A stretch of 64,000 nt of DNA, from the NCBI GenBank assembly GCA_036172245.1, contig JAYWIR010000025.1, positions 2,418,001 to 2,482,000 of the forward strand, written 5' to 3'. The notes beneath the pieces were generated by a model, which worked only from the letters and a program-made list of their open reading frames with translations, was not told the origin of the DNA and ran no database searches. This document shows positions 1 to 10,944 of the stretch, piece by piece (position 1 is the stretch's first letter; each line of letters begins with the position of its first letter). The position numbers and the translations under genes are program-made. Origin of the DNA: Raillietiella orientalis. Its lineage: Eukaryota.

Positions 1-680
1 ATATACATTAATATCTATATCTGTCTATCTACATCTATATCTATCTATGTATATGAATTTAAACTTATATATGGAATAATATACAGATCTGTTTGAGCAG
101 AAATATTTGTTGTATACGTGAATATAAATTAGTCTATCTATTCATCCATCTATCTATCTATCCATCTCTAATGTAATTTGTTATTCTAACAGAGGAATTT
201 ATCAATATTAATTAACATAAATATTAGTAATGTAATTAACAGTATGTTTACTAATAGATCAATACGCATACAGAGTGATACATATTTTAAATATTATGAA
301 AATAAATATATGTTTAATATGTATATGTATATTTATTATATATAAATTAACATGGATTAATGTACAGAATCTTTAGAATATATACAAACCTATACATTAA
401 TATATATAATAAAAATGTGTATTTATTTTTTATAATCTTTATAATGAATATTTATCTATACATTAATCCATACATGAATTCATGATATACTGCTGACATG
501 ATTAATAATACGGTTGTTATATATTCATATTAATAAATATTTCTGCTCAAACAGATCTGTATATTAATCCATATATGAGTTATATTCGTATACATGATAA
601 ACACACATATTTATTTTTTATAATGTTTATAATATGCTATCCCTTAATCTATATGTAAATTTCTATATTACTGTATACAA
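1..680. repeat. Very AT-rich fold-back/satellite-like sequence with (TCTA)n tracts
   Basis: Inverted arms about 47-107 and 533-595 (TAATATACAGATCTGTTTGAGCAGAAATATTT and its reverse complement); direct repeat about 420-480 vs 607-665; recurrent TACATTAAT subunit. Confidence 0.7.
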
Positions 681-1304
681 TAAGCCTCTGCATTTGTCTT
701 TAAGATGGCTCGGGATTTTGACTGGCACCAGTCGACCGGGAGTAGCGGGGCCACCGGAAGACGCCCTCGCACGCGCCGTAGAGCGGCGCTACCCAGAGGC
801 ACGTGCGGTTCCACTTGTCCTCATGTGGGACGGCTCCGGTGCACTCTCCTTCTGGTACACGCGAGCGTTGTGAGGACGGCCCCGATGAAGCGTCGGCATC
901 GCCGAGTGCCTCAGCCGCGGGGGACGTGTGCAGGAGGTCAGTTGCAGCGTGAATCCCTGGGTTTTCTGGGAAGGTTCCAAAATCTGCTAAGGTCCTGCTG
1001 TCTAGGACGCGGGGAACGACTTTCCGGTCCACTTTCGGCCACCCAGCCAGAAGACACCCTTCAGGTCGAGAGTGGTGGGACTCTTTCTCAGGAGCCAGGG
1101 GTCTCCTCAAAGAGGGGTACCGGCGGGTCAGATCCCAGAAAAACACAAGGAAGGAAGACCGCAATCGGTGTGCGCTTGAGCCTTCGCAGTCTCTGGGAGG
1201 CGGCTTGGTGACCTACGAAGGAAGCGGAGACTAAAGCAACCTAAGGTTGACTTCCACCGCGTTGCTTCTGAGGGACGAAACGACCACCGGCGCGTTTCCA
1301 ATGA

Positions 1305-1358
1305 GACGGATGAGCACTCATTCACTCGTCGTCGCGAGTGAATGAGTGCTCATCCGTC
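1305..1358. repeat. Perfect hairpin, 24-bp arms and 6-nt loop
   Basis: GACGGATGAGCACTCATTCACTCG-tcgtcg-CGAGTGAATGAGTGCTCATCCGTC. Confidence 0.97.
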
Positions 1359-1413
1359 GCTTCCGCAGATGGGACGTCGTCCACGTCTCCGGCAGCGAGA
1401 TCTCTAGGTGTAC

Positions 1414-2890
1414 TGCGAGGCTCGGCTCCCCACGCGATGGATGGTCCTGGAAACTCTGGCGGAAGGCAAGCTCCAGCTGCTGCTGCGGCGGGCACCTGCC
1501 TCCAGAGACGGGTGCGCGTGCCCTCAGGAGTCGTGCCTCCCGCCCTCGTGAAGCCAACACAAAAGTGTGCACACTTTCGTGTTGGCCAGGGCGTTCCACC
1601 CGGTTCGGTGGATGCGGCAGAGACAAGAAGCAAGCGCGTCGTCGGAGTACTTTCGGAGAAATCGGCGGCAGCAGTGGAGGGGGGCGGGGGCGTCGAACGG
1701 AACACTCGCGGAGGACGGAGAAAGCAGCACAAACTGCCTACAGGAATCCCGACGCCGGATCGAATGGTCGATGGCGCGCAGTTGCCCACGCTTCCGGTTC
1801 CGGGGGAATCCCCATTCCCGCTGCTGCTCCTGCTCCTCTCGCGCATCCACGATCGGTGGCGTTCGCGGGGGTGGTGGTTGGCCGGGAGAGTGGTTTGCGT
1901 CCGGCTGCCCGGAGCATCGCACAAGGCGTCGCGCTCCGTGGCCGGATCCACGCCGGACAATCCACTGCGATCGCGAGGCCAGGTGGAACGCGCAACCGGC
2001 GGCGCAGCGAGAGCGCCCTCCTTCTTGCTTGGCCTCGCGGAAACCGGGAAGAGCTTCGCGGACGGGAAGAGATCCTCACCCTGCCCCCCTTCTGGTGTCC
2101 GGCGCGTCTCGAGGAGGCGATCGTCTCCCGCACCCGGCTCCTCGCAAGCCGCTCGCAATCCCGGTCACACCAACGCGAGACACGCGTTGCGAAGCGGCGG
2201 CGCCAGCCATTCGCTTCTTCGCCGTGAGCTCGACTCGCTCCGTGGCGCGGCGCCGTCCGCCCGACACCGAGTTCAACGAGAGCGGGCGCGATCGTCCGCC
2301 GCCAAAGGTCGTCCCGGACGGTCTTCGGCTGGCGCCGGCTCCGTGTCCATGCATTCTTCCCTGCTCTCCGCCGACGGACAGAGAGGAAGGAGGTCATCCA
2401 AACGGATGCCGGACGCGCAACCGTCCAGGACGCGCCCACACTCGCCGCGTGCCCGTCGCCCCAGCCGTTTCTCTCTCCTGTGCCGCCCGGTCGCGGAACA
2501 GAACGCGGGGGGCTCGCGGAAGACATCGCCTTCCCGGCAACGGGAGAGGGTTCTTCCCGTGGCCGGACGCGATGCTCCGCCTGCCGTCTTCCCGCATCCA
2601 AGTTGCGCACCCGTCGGGGAGATGCAGCGTTTCGGTCGGTCCACGGGCGCTCGGAGCGCCGCGACAGTAACGCTAGCCGAGGGCGCGCCGGAGTCCCCTC
2701 CCGTCCCATTTTCTCGTCATGACCCGCCGGCGGCGGCGAAAGCGGGTCCGCACCGCCTCCGAAGCGCTTCGCGGGCGGGACCCGCGGTGCAGGGTGGAAG
2801 AAAGTGGATCTTCATCTTCCGCCCCGGATGCCCGTTCGGTTTTTCGACGCGGAGACGTCCTCCCCGTTTCGGAATGCACGAAGTTGGTCA
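1414..2890. repeat. Copy A of 1.48-kb inverted duplication
   Basis: Reverse complement of 10945-12422; only about 5 substitutions and one 1-bp indel seen. Confidence 0.97.
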
Positions 2891-3649
2891 ACCAGATTTT
2901 GGCTGCCTGGATTTCTTGAGCGTCGCATCACTCGCACCGACCCTGAAGACAACGGGATTCTGCGTAGCTCTTGGGTTGGATTGATGATGCAGCTTGTTTT
3001 GATTAGAGTGGTCTGAGGAGCTCGCTGGTCCGGCTAACTGCTTTCTCTTTCCGCCTTCTCGTTTGGCATCCTTCAGAAATTTTGGAAGCTCTCATCCATT
3101 TCCATCCACCTTACTCGAGAAAATCAAAGAGGACGAGAAACTCATCTTTTGGGGGGGAATCTACGTTTCTACCGATAAAGGGAAACGGTTCTTATGATGC
3201 CTGAGGAGAGATTCTGGAAGCGAGATTCTTAAAAGAGGTCTTCAGTTCCCTCATTATTTTTGGAAAGTTATAGAAGAGTGAGCGTGTGCTCCTCTCTACG
3301 TAGTCAGGGGTGTTCTCTTGGACTTCTCCAATCAAGGTGCCGTCGGCAACTACTTCCAACTGATCATGTGGGTCCCTGTGGTCGGGAGAATGTTGGGCAG
3401 AAGGCGGGATGTCCCTAGACACTTCAATTCCACGAGTCCCTTACAAGAGTGTTAAAGCAGAAATGGACGACCCAGAGCTGGTGTCCGTTAGTTGGGGACG
3501 TGATGAGGACTGCTTCCCGATGTCGTGGCAACTGCCACCTTGTGGAGTCCTCTGCTTCTCCGGGAAGCTGCGTCATGGGTGCAGTTCATATTCCCTTCGC
3601 GTTTAGATTACTCATCGGGAGAAACCACATCCATTGCCAGGGCAGGAAT

Positions 3650-5830
3650 TCCTGGATGGTTCCGTCCGGACGTTTCCTAAATGGGGCCATCTTGTAGCGA
3701 TTCCCATGGGAAGTTTCACTCAGAGGACGGCGTCCTTTTTGTGGTGGCCTCTTCTGAAGGCGCTGCTGCACGCCGCCGCCACCTCGCAGACGCAGCAAAC
3801 TACTGTAGACGCGGCAGGCGGCAGCGCATCTCGCAGGAAGAGGTGTTTCATCACGTCCCTGGGGTTGTCACCGGGAACGGGAGGGAGGGCCGTGGCAACG
3901 CACTCCCAAAGGCGCGAGAACAGGTGCGGGAGAGCTTCACTTTTCCCCACGCGTCCACCACGGCTCGGATCCACGCTCCCCCTGGTCTGGTGGCTCAGGC
4001 GTGGTTCGCGCAGGAGTCCCCAATGCAGAATCGGCGACTACCGCCGCTTTAAGGGGAGAGTGGGGCTGTCCGTAGTCATCACGGGCAATCGGAGCGGCTC
4101 GTGGGCGGAGACCAGGTGCTCTGCACGGTGGAGAAGTTCAACGCTCGATGTCCGCTATCCCTCGTGTCGCTCCAGCCATCGAAGGGCTTGCTTCTTGCCT
4201 CGATGCAGACCTGTTGATGGGCCAAACTTCCAAGGGCCTCCCTTAAGAGGAGCAGAGCTGCGGCAAGGGGGGTTCCCGAAGTCCTTGCAGTCTCCATGGG
4301 ACTTCTCGGGGTCTCGCGGAGCGGGCCTCCTTGGATTATCTCACGCCTCGTGATTTCTTCGAGCTCACGACGTCCATCCATCCCCACGTAAGAGCTGCTT
4401 CCCGAGACCAAGCACCACAGTTAAGTGGAAGGCAGGAGATCCAGGCGTTCTCCTTCACCAAGGCAACCACCTACCAAAGCTAATACCTGCAACGGGTGCC
4501 TGAATACTTCGGTGGCTGCCAACAGAGGAACGGTGTCAGTTCCTTGAGGCTGGCTGCGTTTTTGGCGAGGAGTTGCCCAAGGGAGCGCCGACGTGATGTC
4601 CACCAGTGTGAAGTCGAGTCTTCTCAACTGGAGCTGGCTCTTAATTCGTTTTAGAGTCAGGAGGCCAAGACCTGCACCTCCCGGACGTGGATCCACCAGG
4701 CCAGGACCGACCGATATCCTTTGCCCCGAAGGGCGTTTCTCAGAAGGTCCGCAGTCCGCTTCCTCACTTAGCGAAGCGGGACAGACAAGAAGCGGGGGAC
4801 GGGCGGAGGGGTTTCAAGCCGCGATTCGTGTTCTGACAAGTACTCGCCTTCCAGAAACGGGCCGAGTTTCGCATTCTGCCTCTTGGAGACGGTCGGACCA
4901 GGCTCTTGCTAAGCACAAGCCCCCCGGCGGAACGCCAGGGTACTTTAAGTACCTGCTCGTGAGAACCCCCAGGTGGACCCAGTCCTACCGCTCAGCCTGT
5001 GTAAGGGCACAAGCTGGAACCACCGAAGACCATATCCTGTTCACGTCCAGACCCAACGGGGTGGTGCCTGGTTGCAGGAAACTGTTCTCACGTGTACGGA
5101 GATCCACAAGCGGAACTCGGATTTCCTTCGGAGGTTGCTGTGCTCCTTTTGAAGCAGCTACTCGCTCCAAATCATCACGCATCCCACCAAGCGGGAAGAA
5201 AGAACCTCCATTGCCGCGGCTCTGCTCTCCTTGGGAGAGGAAGCAGCCTAGCGGCAAAATGGAAAATATTGTGTGAAGTTTTTACTTTAGATGAAGGACG
5301 CTAGGTGGCTGGACTGCGGACCAATTGACTGATGCTGCGAATCCGAGTGCCCCACCTGAAGAATTTTTTGCACTGGGGCGAGCCGCTGCGAATTCCCAGC
5401 GAAGATCTTGAGTAGTCCCCAGTGCTCATGAATACCAGTGCGCCCTCCCTCTCAAGTGGGGACTTGTGCCGTTGCACCGGGATCTTCCATGCAACGGCCT
5501 CCGACAACACTGGACCCGGGGGGTGGCGGTCCAGCGGATCCGCGCTGCAGCAGGTGCGGGGACGTGAATCCTTTCCGCACCTACTCGTGGACCGCGTTGA
5601 ACTGCAACCTCTGTGGGGACGCTTTGCAGTGACGACCCTCCGGATCCTGTGCCACCTTAGGGATGCACTGATGAGACCCCTCTTCGTGCACGATGCACTG
5701 CTGCCCGCCAGCCTCATCCCCAGCAGCTCTTTGCTGCCTACGCGGGATTGTGGAGCCAGGGAAGGAGGTCGCGCGAGGAACGTCATCTACTTCACGTTTT
5801 TTGCGGAGGGCAAAGACCCCACCTGATGAA
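3650..5830 (-). mobile_element. Decayed L1/Tx1-like retrotransposon (RT to C-terminal zinc knuckle)
   Basis: Ordered motif remnants: QFNAVHE (AFDxVxH), GIRSGSP...FF (GIRQGCP), GLDVN, LKYPGVP (KYLG), PRPGGAGLGL (GGLG), SEALPHLF...LW. Confidence 0.55.
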
Positions 5831-6949
5831 AGTACAAAAGGAACTTGCTGGTGTCCTCGAGAGGGTGCTGGAGAGGATGGCCCCCGGCAGATCACAGCCT
5901 TCCCTCTCCCCCTCCACCAAATGTTATTTTATTTATATTTCGTTTTGTTTCCTCTCTTCCCCTCTGTCATTCTGCCATCGAGTCTCTCCTTCCCGGTCTG
6001 CGCACCGGATTCTCGGTAACTTTATAATGTTCTGTATGTGGCGGGACCAATGATTCCTTTGTAATGTTTGTAATGTTTATTTTTAATAAATAAATGCCCC
6101 GGTGAAAATCCAGACCCTGACTTAACAGCTCGAAGAAGCCCTCGAGAGCTGATGCCGGGGTGAACATGGATAACAGCAGCAGAAGATCGTCTGCGTCTGC
6201 ACGGCAGCGTGCCGGGACACGAGCTCGTCAAGGCAGCCAGAGTTGCCCTGACGTAGAGTCGGGCCTGGCATTTCTACCAGGAAGAGTCAGGTAGAGTTTC
6301 CAGCTAGCAGCAATCCCGTGTCAGTTTCCGTCTGGGATGCCGCCCGTGCGCAAAGCAGGTGGAGTTTACTAATTCTGTTTTTGTCCGGTGGAACACACAA
6401 AACCGACGTGTTCGAAGAAATGAAGCGTCCGAGAATCTTTTCAAGAATCGACGGAAATGCACACCTGGCAGCAATGAATCAGAGGAAGAAGTTGGGAGCC
6501 GTAGGGAGCCTCTTGACGTAAATGAATCGCCTGCAAAGAGCCACTCCCTATAGAAGCCATATTTTGGATAGCCACATGAAGACGGGGGATGCCTCATTGG
6601 AAAATAGTGGATCGCTCAGCCAAGCTGGTTGACGAGACGGTGGTCCGGTGGATTTTTCCTTGGGAAATACAATACTCTCCAAGATGCTCCGAACATCAAG
6701 GAGAAAATTTCCTTGATCAAACCACTTCAGCGGCTCCATGAGAAAAGTTTGTCGAAATCTGACGCTCCTGAATGGAAGTGCTAAAATATTTCTCGGGTAA
6801 ACCTAACTATAACTTGAGCTGTACGTTAAATAACGATGTAAATACGAAGCGCGGCGTTATTTTTGAAACGAATAAACACTTCCTCATCCGTTTCGTTTCT
6901 TGCGATAATCTTATAGGACGTTGCAGCGAAAACAATTTTGCAGTTTTTT

Positions 6950-8080
6950 GTGTATCAAAAAGTACTGGAAGCAGTTTCTCAAAGAGCGAAATTCCTCAAG
7001 GGAAAAAATTCCTGGAGCTGACTATCTGACTGCTGACCGACCAGTTGAGCTACATTCCAATCAAGTAATCTGTCACAATGTCAGCCGATCTGGTACAGGA
7101 GAGTCTTCAAAGTTCCTCGTTGTTCCTCATGTTCTGAGTGGCCATCGAAAGAGAAGATCAAGTTTTGATGCAATTAAAACACCCAAAGCTTAAATTGCAT
7201 TGATTCACCAAAAATAATAAGGGAAAGACTAGTGAATGAAGACAAACGAAATGAGTTTGAAATAGAGAACTAGGAAACACGAAAGCGACCCAACACACGC
7301 AATAGAATTCAATGGAAGATCATCGTTTTTGATGAAATACTTGCATGGTCATGGCATATTATGCATTCCATAACGTCCAGAATAAGCAACTGCACGGCGC
7401 GGCAATCAGATGCAAACAGTAGTCACGTGGGCAATGGAACTGTTTTATCTGATGCTCATGTATCCGAGGTCTTCGGTCGCTCATTTCAGTTTAATCAGTT
7501 CCAATCACAATGTTTACACAGAGTATTTACATCAATTGGGAAAAGATTTACAACGTGAATGCAGCCTTTGGTTTTCCATTTTCAGCAATTGCTGGGAAGC
7601 CATGATGGGGCGCTTCCATATGTGTCCTCCGAAATTTTCTTCTTCAGCAGCCCTCCCGCTGCCTCCTTAACTATTGCCAGTTTTCGATATTCCACCTTCT
7701 GACAGGAACTGCTGCGATGAAGAATCCTGGGTAAATCCTTACTAGCGAATTTCGGGATGTTGCCTTCTTCTAGTATCCCTTCATGGGTGTCCGCTTCCCG
7801 TTCAGCTGAAAGGTTTGTTCTACTTCTTACGTGCTTCCAATAGTCCTCTGGGGTCCCACAAGTGAAGATGTGCGTTTGTATTCCAATTTGGTAGCAATAT
7901 AGGTCTTCAGGGTCTTGGAACCGGCACTTGCATTTCTTTCTACATTACAGATGTGCATGGCAGAAGAGAAATAAGGTCTTCAGTGCACATGTTGGTAGTT
8001 TTGTTTTCCACATAGTGATCCCGGGAGCTTCCGGCAACATGTCTTGGATTGGGGATCGTCTTCTCCATTTTTTCCAAGGA
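6950..8080 (-). mobile_element. Possible decayed L1/Tx1-like 5' fragment
   Basis: Faint ORF1 knuckle-like and APE-like echoes with many stops; weak by-eye call. Confidence 0.22.
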
Positions 8081-9128
8081 TTCACCGTTTTTTTTTGCTA
8101 ACTGAATAGTGAGGGTATGTGCAGTGGATTTTTATCAAGCATAAAAATACTGAATAAACCATAACGTTAACAGTAGCTTCAGATTGCGATGCAAACAGCG
8201 ACAACCGTAGATACAAAAGAGAACAAACGTCAACAACAGATGAGAAGCAAGGGCATATAAATTTATATGCATAAAAATGTATAAGGTGGTAAGGAATACC
8301 AAGTGGAATTTTGTATGTCTGTAGCCTTGGGAATAAAGTCTCGTAGATAAAAAAAGAGCGATGCATTGTAAACATCTCCAAACGCAATCCATTGGAGGTT
8401 CTAGATGTACTACTAGTTTGTGAGGAAACCATGATGAAGAATGTCGTAATTATAGAATCTTTCAAATAAAGCTTGCGAAAGCAAGCTGGAACTGGGGGGG
8501 GGAGCATCAGGCAGTAAGTTTGATTGGCATGTATCGTTGGCTCTTTCACAGTAGAATAAGCTAGAGATATAGTACAGTGAGCACCGTTTTCAGCATCTGG
8601 ATCTACTACTAGACTCCATGTTAGCGCAATGAAAGGAGTACTTATTCGGAAGACAATTCGTTGCCGTCCATTTTCTCCTGGAACGTACCATTTTCCGAAG
8701 ACTGAACCATGAGGAAGCACGAATACAAAGCAACGTATTGAAGATTGAATACTGTTGAAAGTAAATGATATGCGTTGAAATGAAAGTTACCAAAGCACTT
8801 AAATTTCTGTGCACTTACTTTAACATTCGTTTAATATTTAAATTGAACAGTCGCATAGTGCACAGAGCTCATTTGATCACAGAAAGGTGGATGCACATCC
8901 GTGCAGTCAAAGCACGTGGTTGTTTAGGGTGTACTTCTGAAACCACATCCATTCGTCCTCCTGTTCCTTGTTCTGGTTGGCAAGCAGCAGTAGATGGCAA
9001 CCTGTGGTTGCTCAGTAAACCAAGAGCCATAAACATACTGGGCATCTCCCCCATCAGTTGGAAAACAACTCGAAGAAGTATGGGGACGTAGTTAACGTTT
9101 ACAGCCGGACTACCTTTGAATTAACCTC

Positions 9129-9511
9129 GGGAAGAAGAAGAAGAAGAATGGTGGCCTTCATGGGTGTTTCCAGAATTCATCATCATTTATAAAAAATTCA
9201 GAGACGCCAATCTTTGCATCTTCACGAATCACAAGCTCAAAAGATTTTGACCATATTGGTTAATTTGTGTTGGAATAGTGAATCATATAACACCGATAGA
9301 ATGTTTTTGTTTTTGTGTGCACACAACCACACATACACATAAATATATATATATAATATAAAGAATTTGATCACTGATTAATCGAAATGGCTTAAATCTT
9401 ATGGATCAAAGGCTTAAGAGAAGAAGAAGCAAATATTGGCATGTATGAATTTTTTATAATTGATGATGAATACTGGAAACACCCATGGAAGTCATCATTT
9501 TTCTTCTTCCC
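9129..9511. repeat. Imperfect fold-back/MITE-like element with long inverted arms
   Basis: 9129-9225 matches the reverse complement of about 9422-9511 (CATGGGTGTTTCCAG.ATTCATCATCA.TTATAAAAAATTCA); weaker similarity continues inward; (AT)n in the spacer; no TSD recognised. Confidence 0.7.
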
Positions 9512-9519
9512 AAAGAAGC

Positions 9520-10500
9520 AACTCATTGTGCTCATACCATGCTCACATCAAAACTGTGTACGGTTCTCCCAAATATGCCAACTGCAGGAATTAGCAGTAG
9601 TTGGTTTGAGGTTATCTTCGACAACAGACTTTATCTGAATGGCAAAACCGGCAATTTCTATAATTTTCTGTATAAAGCCAGGTGCCGGTACAGCTCGCCT
9701 ACGGTATTTTTCTAGTTTTACAGAACAACACGTTTTGCTTTAGGACGACTAGTCCAAAAGGAAAAGGTCACCTGACCCAACAACACATCCATTCTCTGCT
9801 AGTTGAGATCAGGCCTGACGAACATGAGTTCTGCAGAAGAGCTACTGGTACGACTTAATCTGGATTTTAGATTTAGACGTAATAAGCGGCTGTCTCAATC
9901 TAAGTGCGAACTGCAGGAATGGAAAGAAGAAGCGCAGAACAACGGGAGCTGTAGGGAACCGAACTACTTTGGAATTATTTTCAGGGGGTTCGTTTGCTAA
10001 AAGGAAACACGAAGGGGTGTGGTCACCGCACCGAAGTTTCATTATGCTCACTCGCGTTTTTGAATTCAATTTCTTTCGAGTTCCTGAATTCTAACGTAAG
10101 GTTTTGGGAGGATAGAAATGGGTCATCCTTTGCTGGAAACGCGTGCGTAGTATTCCGGGATGTGGTTTTTTGGCTGCCTTTGGGAGTTCGAAATAAATTC
10201 ACTCTGATATTCTTGGCCTGCATACGGATCAGTGAATAAAGAAGGAAACACTGCAAGGCCACCGGTAGAAAAATCTTTCCAAAGTTCCCGGAATGGCAGA
10301 TGTGCTTTTGCAGCTCCAGTTTGAGAACCGCCAACGGTCCCTGAAATTCATGGATCCTCAGTTCTGTTTGGATCGGAGCAGTGCCGTCCCAGTTGGGAAA
10401 GTGAAGAGGGGAAGAAAATTATGGAAAAGGATGTCGTAACGATGTGTTGTGAACTGGGTCTGCATCCATGAGATTCGTCCAGGAAAGCAGCTGAAATGTA
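9520..10500 (-). mobile_element. Possible decayed L1/Tx1-like ORF1/APE fragment
   Basis: VLKLELQKHI...PYAGQ (ORF1 YxGQ) followed by LFCRTH (LQETH-like); weak. Confidence 0.25.
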
Positions 10501-10944
10501 GGTCACGTACACTCAAAATAGCATTTTTCATTTCCTTTAGTTTTTTTGCAACTCATTCATACCAACGCTGATCCACTAGTCGGCTTCATATTCATGTGGT
10601 AAACAAACAAAAAAGGAACGAAACTCAGGTTCCAAGGAGAAAGCCAACTCTTTAGATACAAAGAAAATGGATTGAAAAAAGAAACAAAGAAAGAAACTGA
10701 AGGAATTAACAGCGCTATACTTACAGTATCATTTTACTGTTCGTGGTGTGGGCAAGAACTCTCAGGACATAAAGTATACTATGTGCAAAACTTTTGCACA
10801 TGGTATACATTTCCTGGATCCCCCACAGGCATTTTTTGGAGTAAAATAGTTCAAGGAAAGGAAGGCGGATTCCAAGAACATAATTCAAGTTAGATCTTCA
10901 CGAATGACTCCTCATTGGACACAGCTCGGCCCACTCAAGTTGGG

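Larger units (their letters stand above)
700..3150 (-). mobile_element. Highly decayed L1/Tx1-like non-LTR retrotransposon, 5' half (ORF1 tail, APE endonuclease, linker)
   Basis: Frame-broken motif echoes in the expected order: FREPPAFC...H/ECG (zinc knuckles), DDRLLET (DxxxLQET), ANHHPRER (YAPN...ER), GNC...TIR (GDFNC...DR), LWRQ...LELAFRQSF (WKLN..LL..F), and GAVPHEDK about 690 nt further on (SPGPDG spacing). Ends approximate. Confidence 0.4.

Noticed and set aside
750..900. Plus-strand RLE terminus (ALARAVERRY...VPLVLMWDG)
   Set aside because: A single short motif echo. The minus-strand L1-like interpretation explains the region with correct motif spacing. Unresolved without a search.
1338..2984. 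548-aa ORF, and its 515-aa mirror at 10935-12482, as a novel protein gene
   Set aside because: Low-complexity R/G/S/A/P composition with no domain. Several overlapping frames on both strands are similarly open because stop codons are rare in this GC-rich, TA-poor DNA. The start and stop differ between the copies.
1100..3000. HERO-like RLE reading frame restored by excising copy A (NLVHLEISLPETW...HLRKR)
   Set aside because: No PD motif in frame, and it conflicts with the apparent continuity of the L1-like fossil across the junction. Kept only as a weak alternative.
6097..6170. Possible ribozyme (CCCCGG/CCGGGG and CAGCTC/GAGCTG stems)
   Set aside because: Lacks the hammerhead, twister and HDV catalytic cores.
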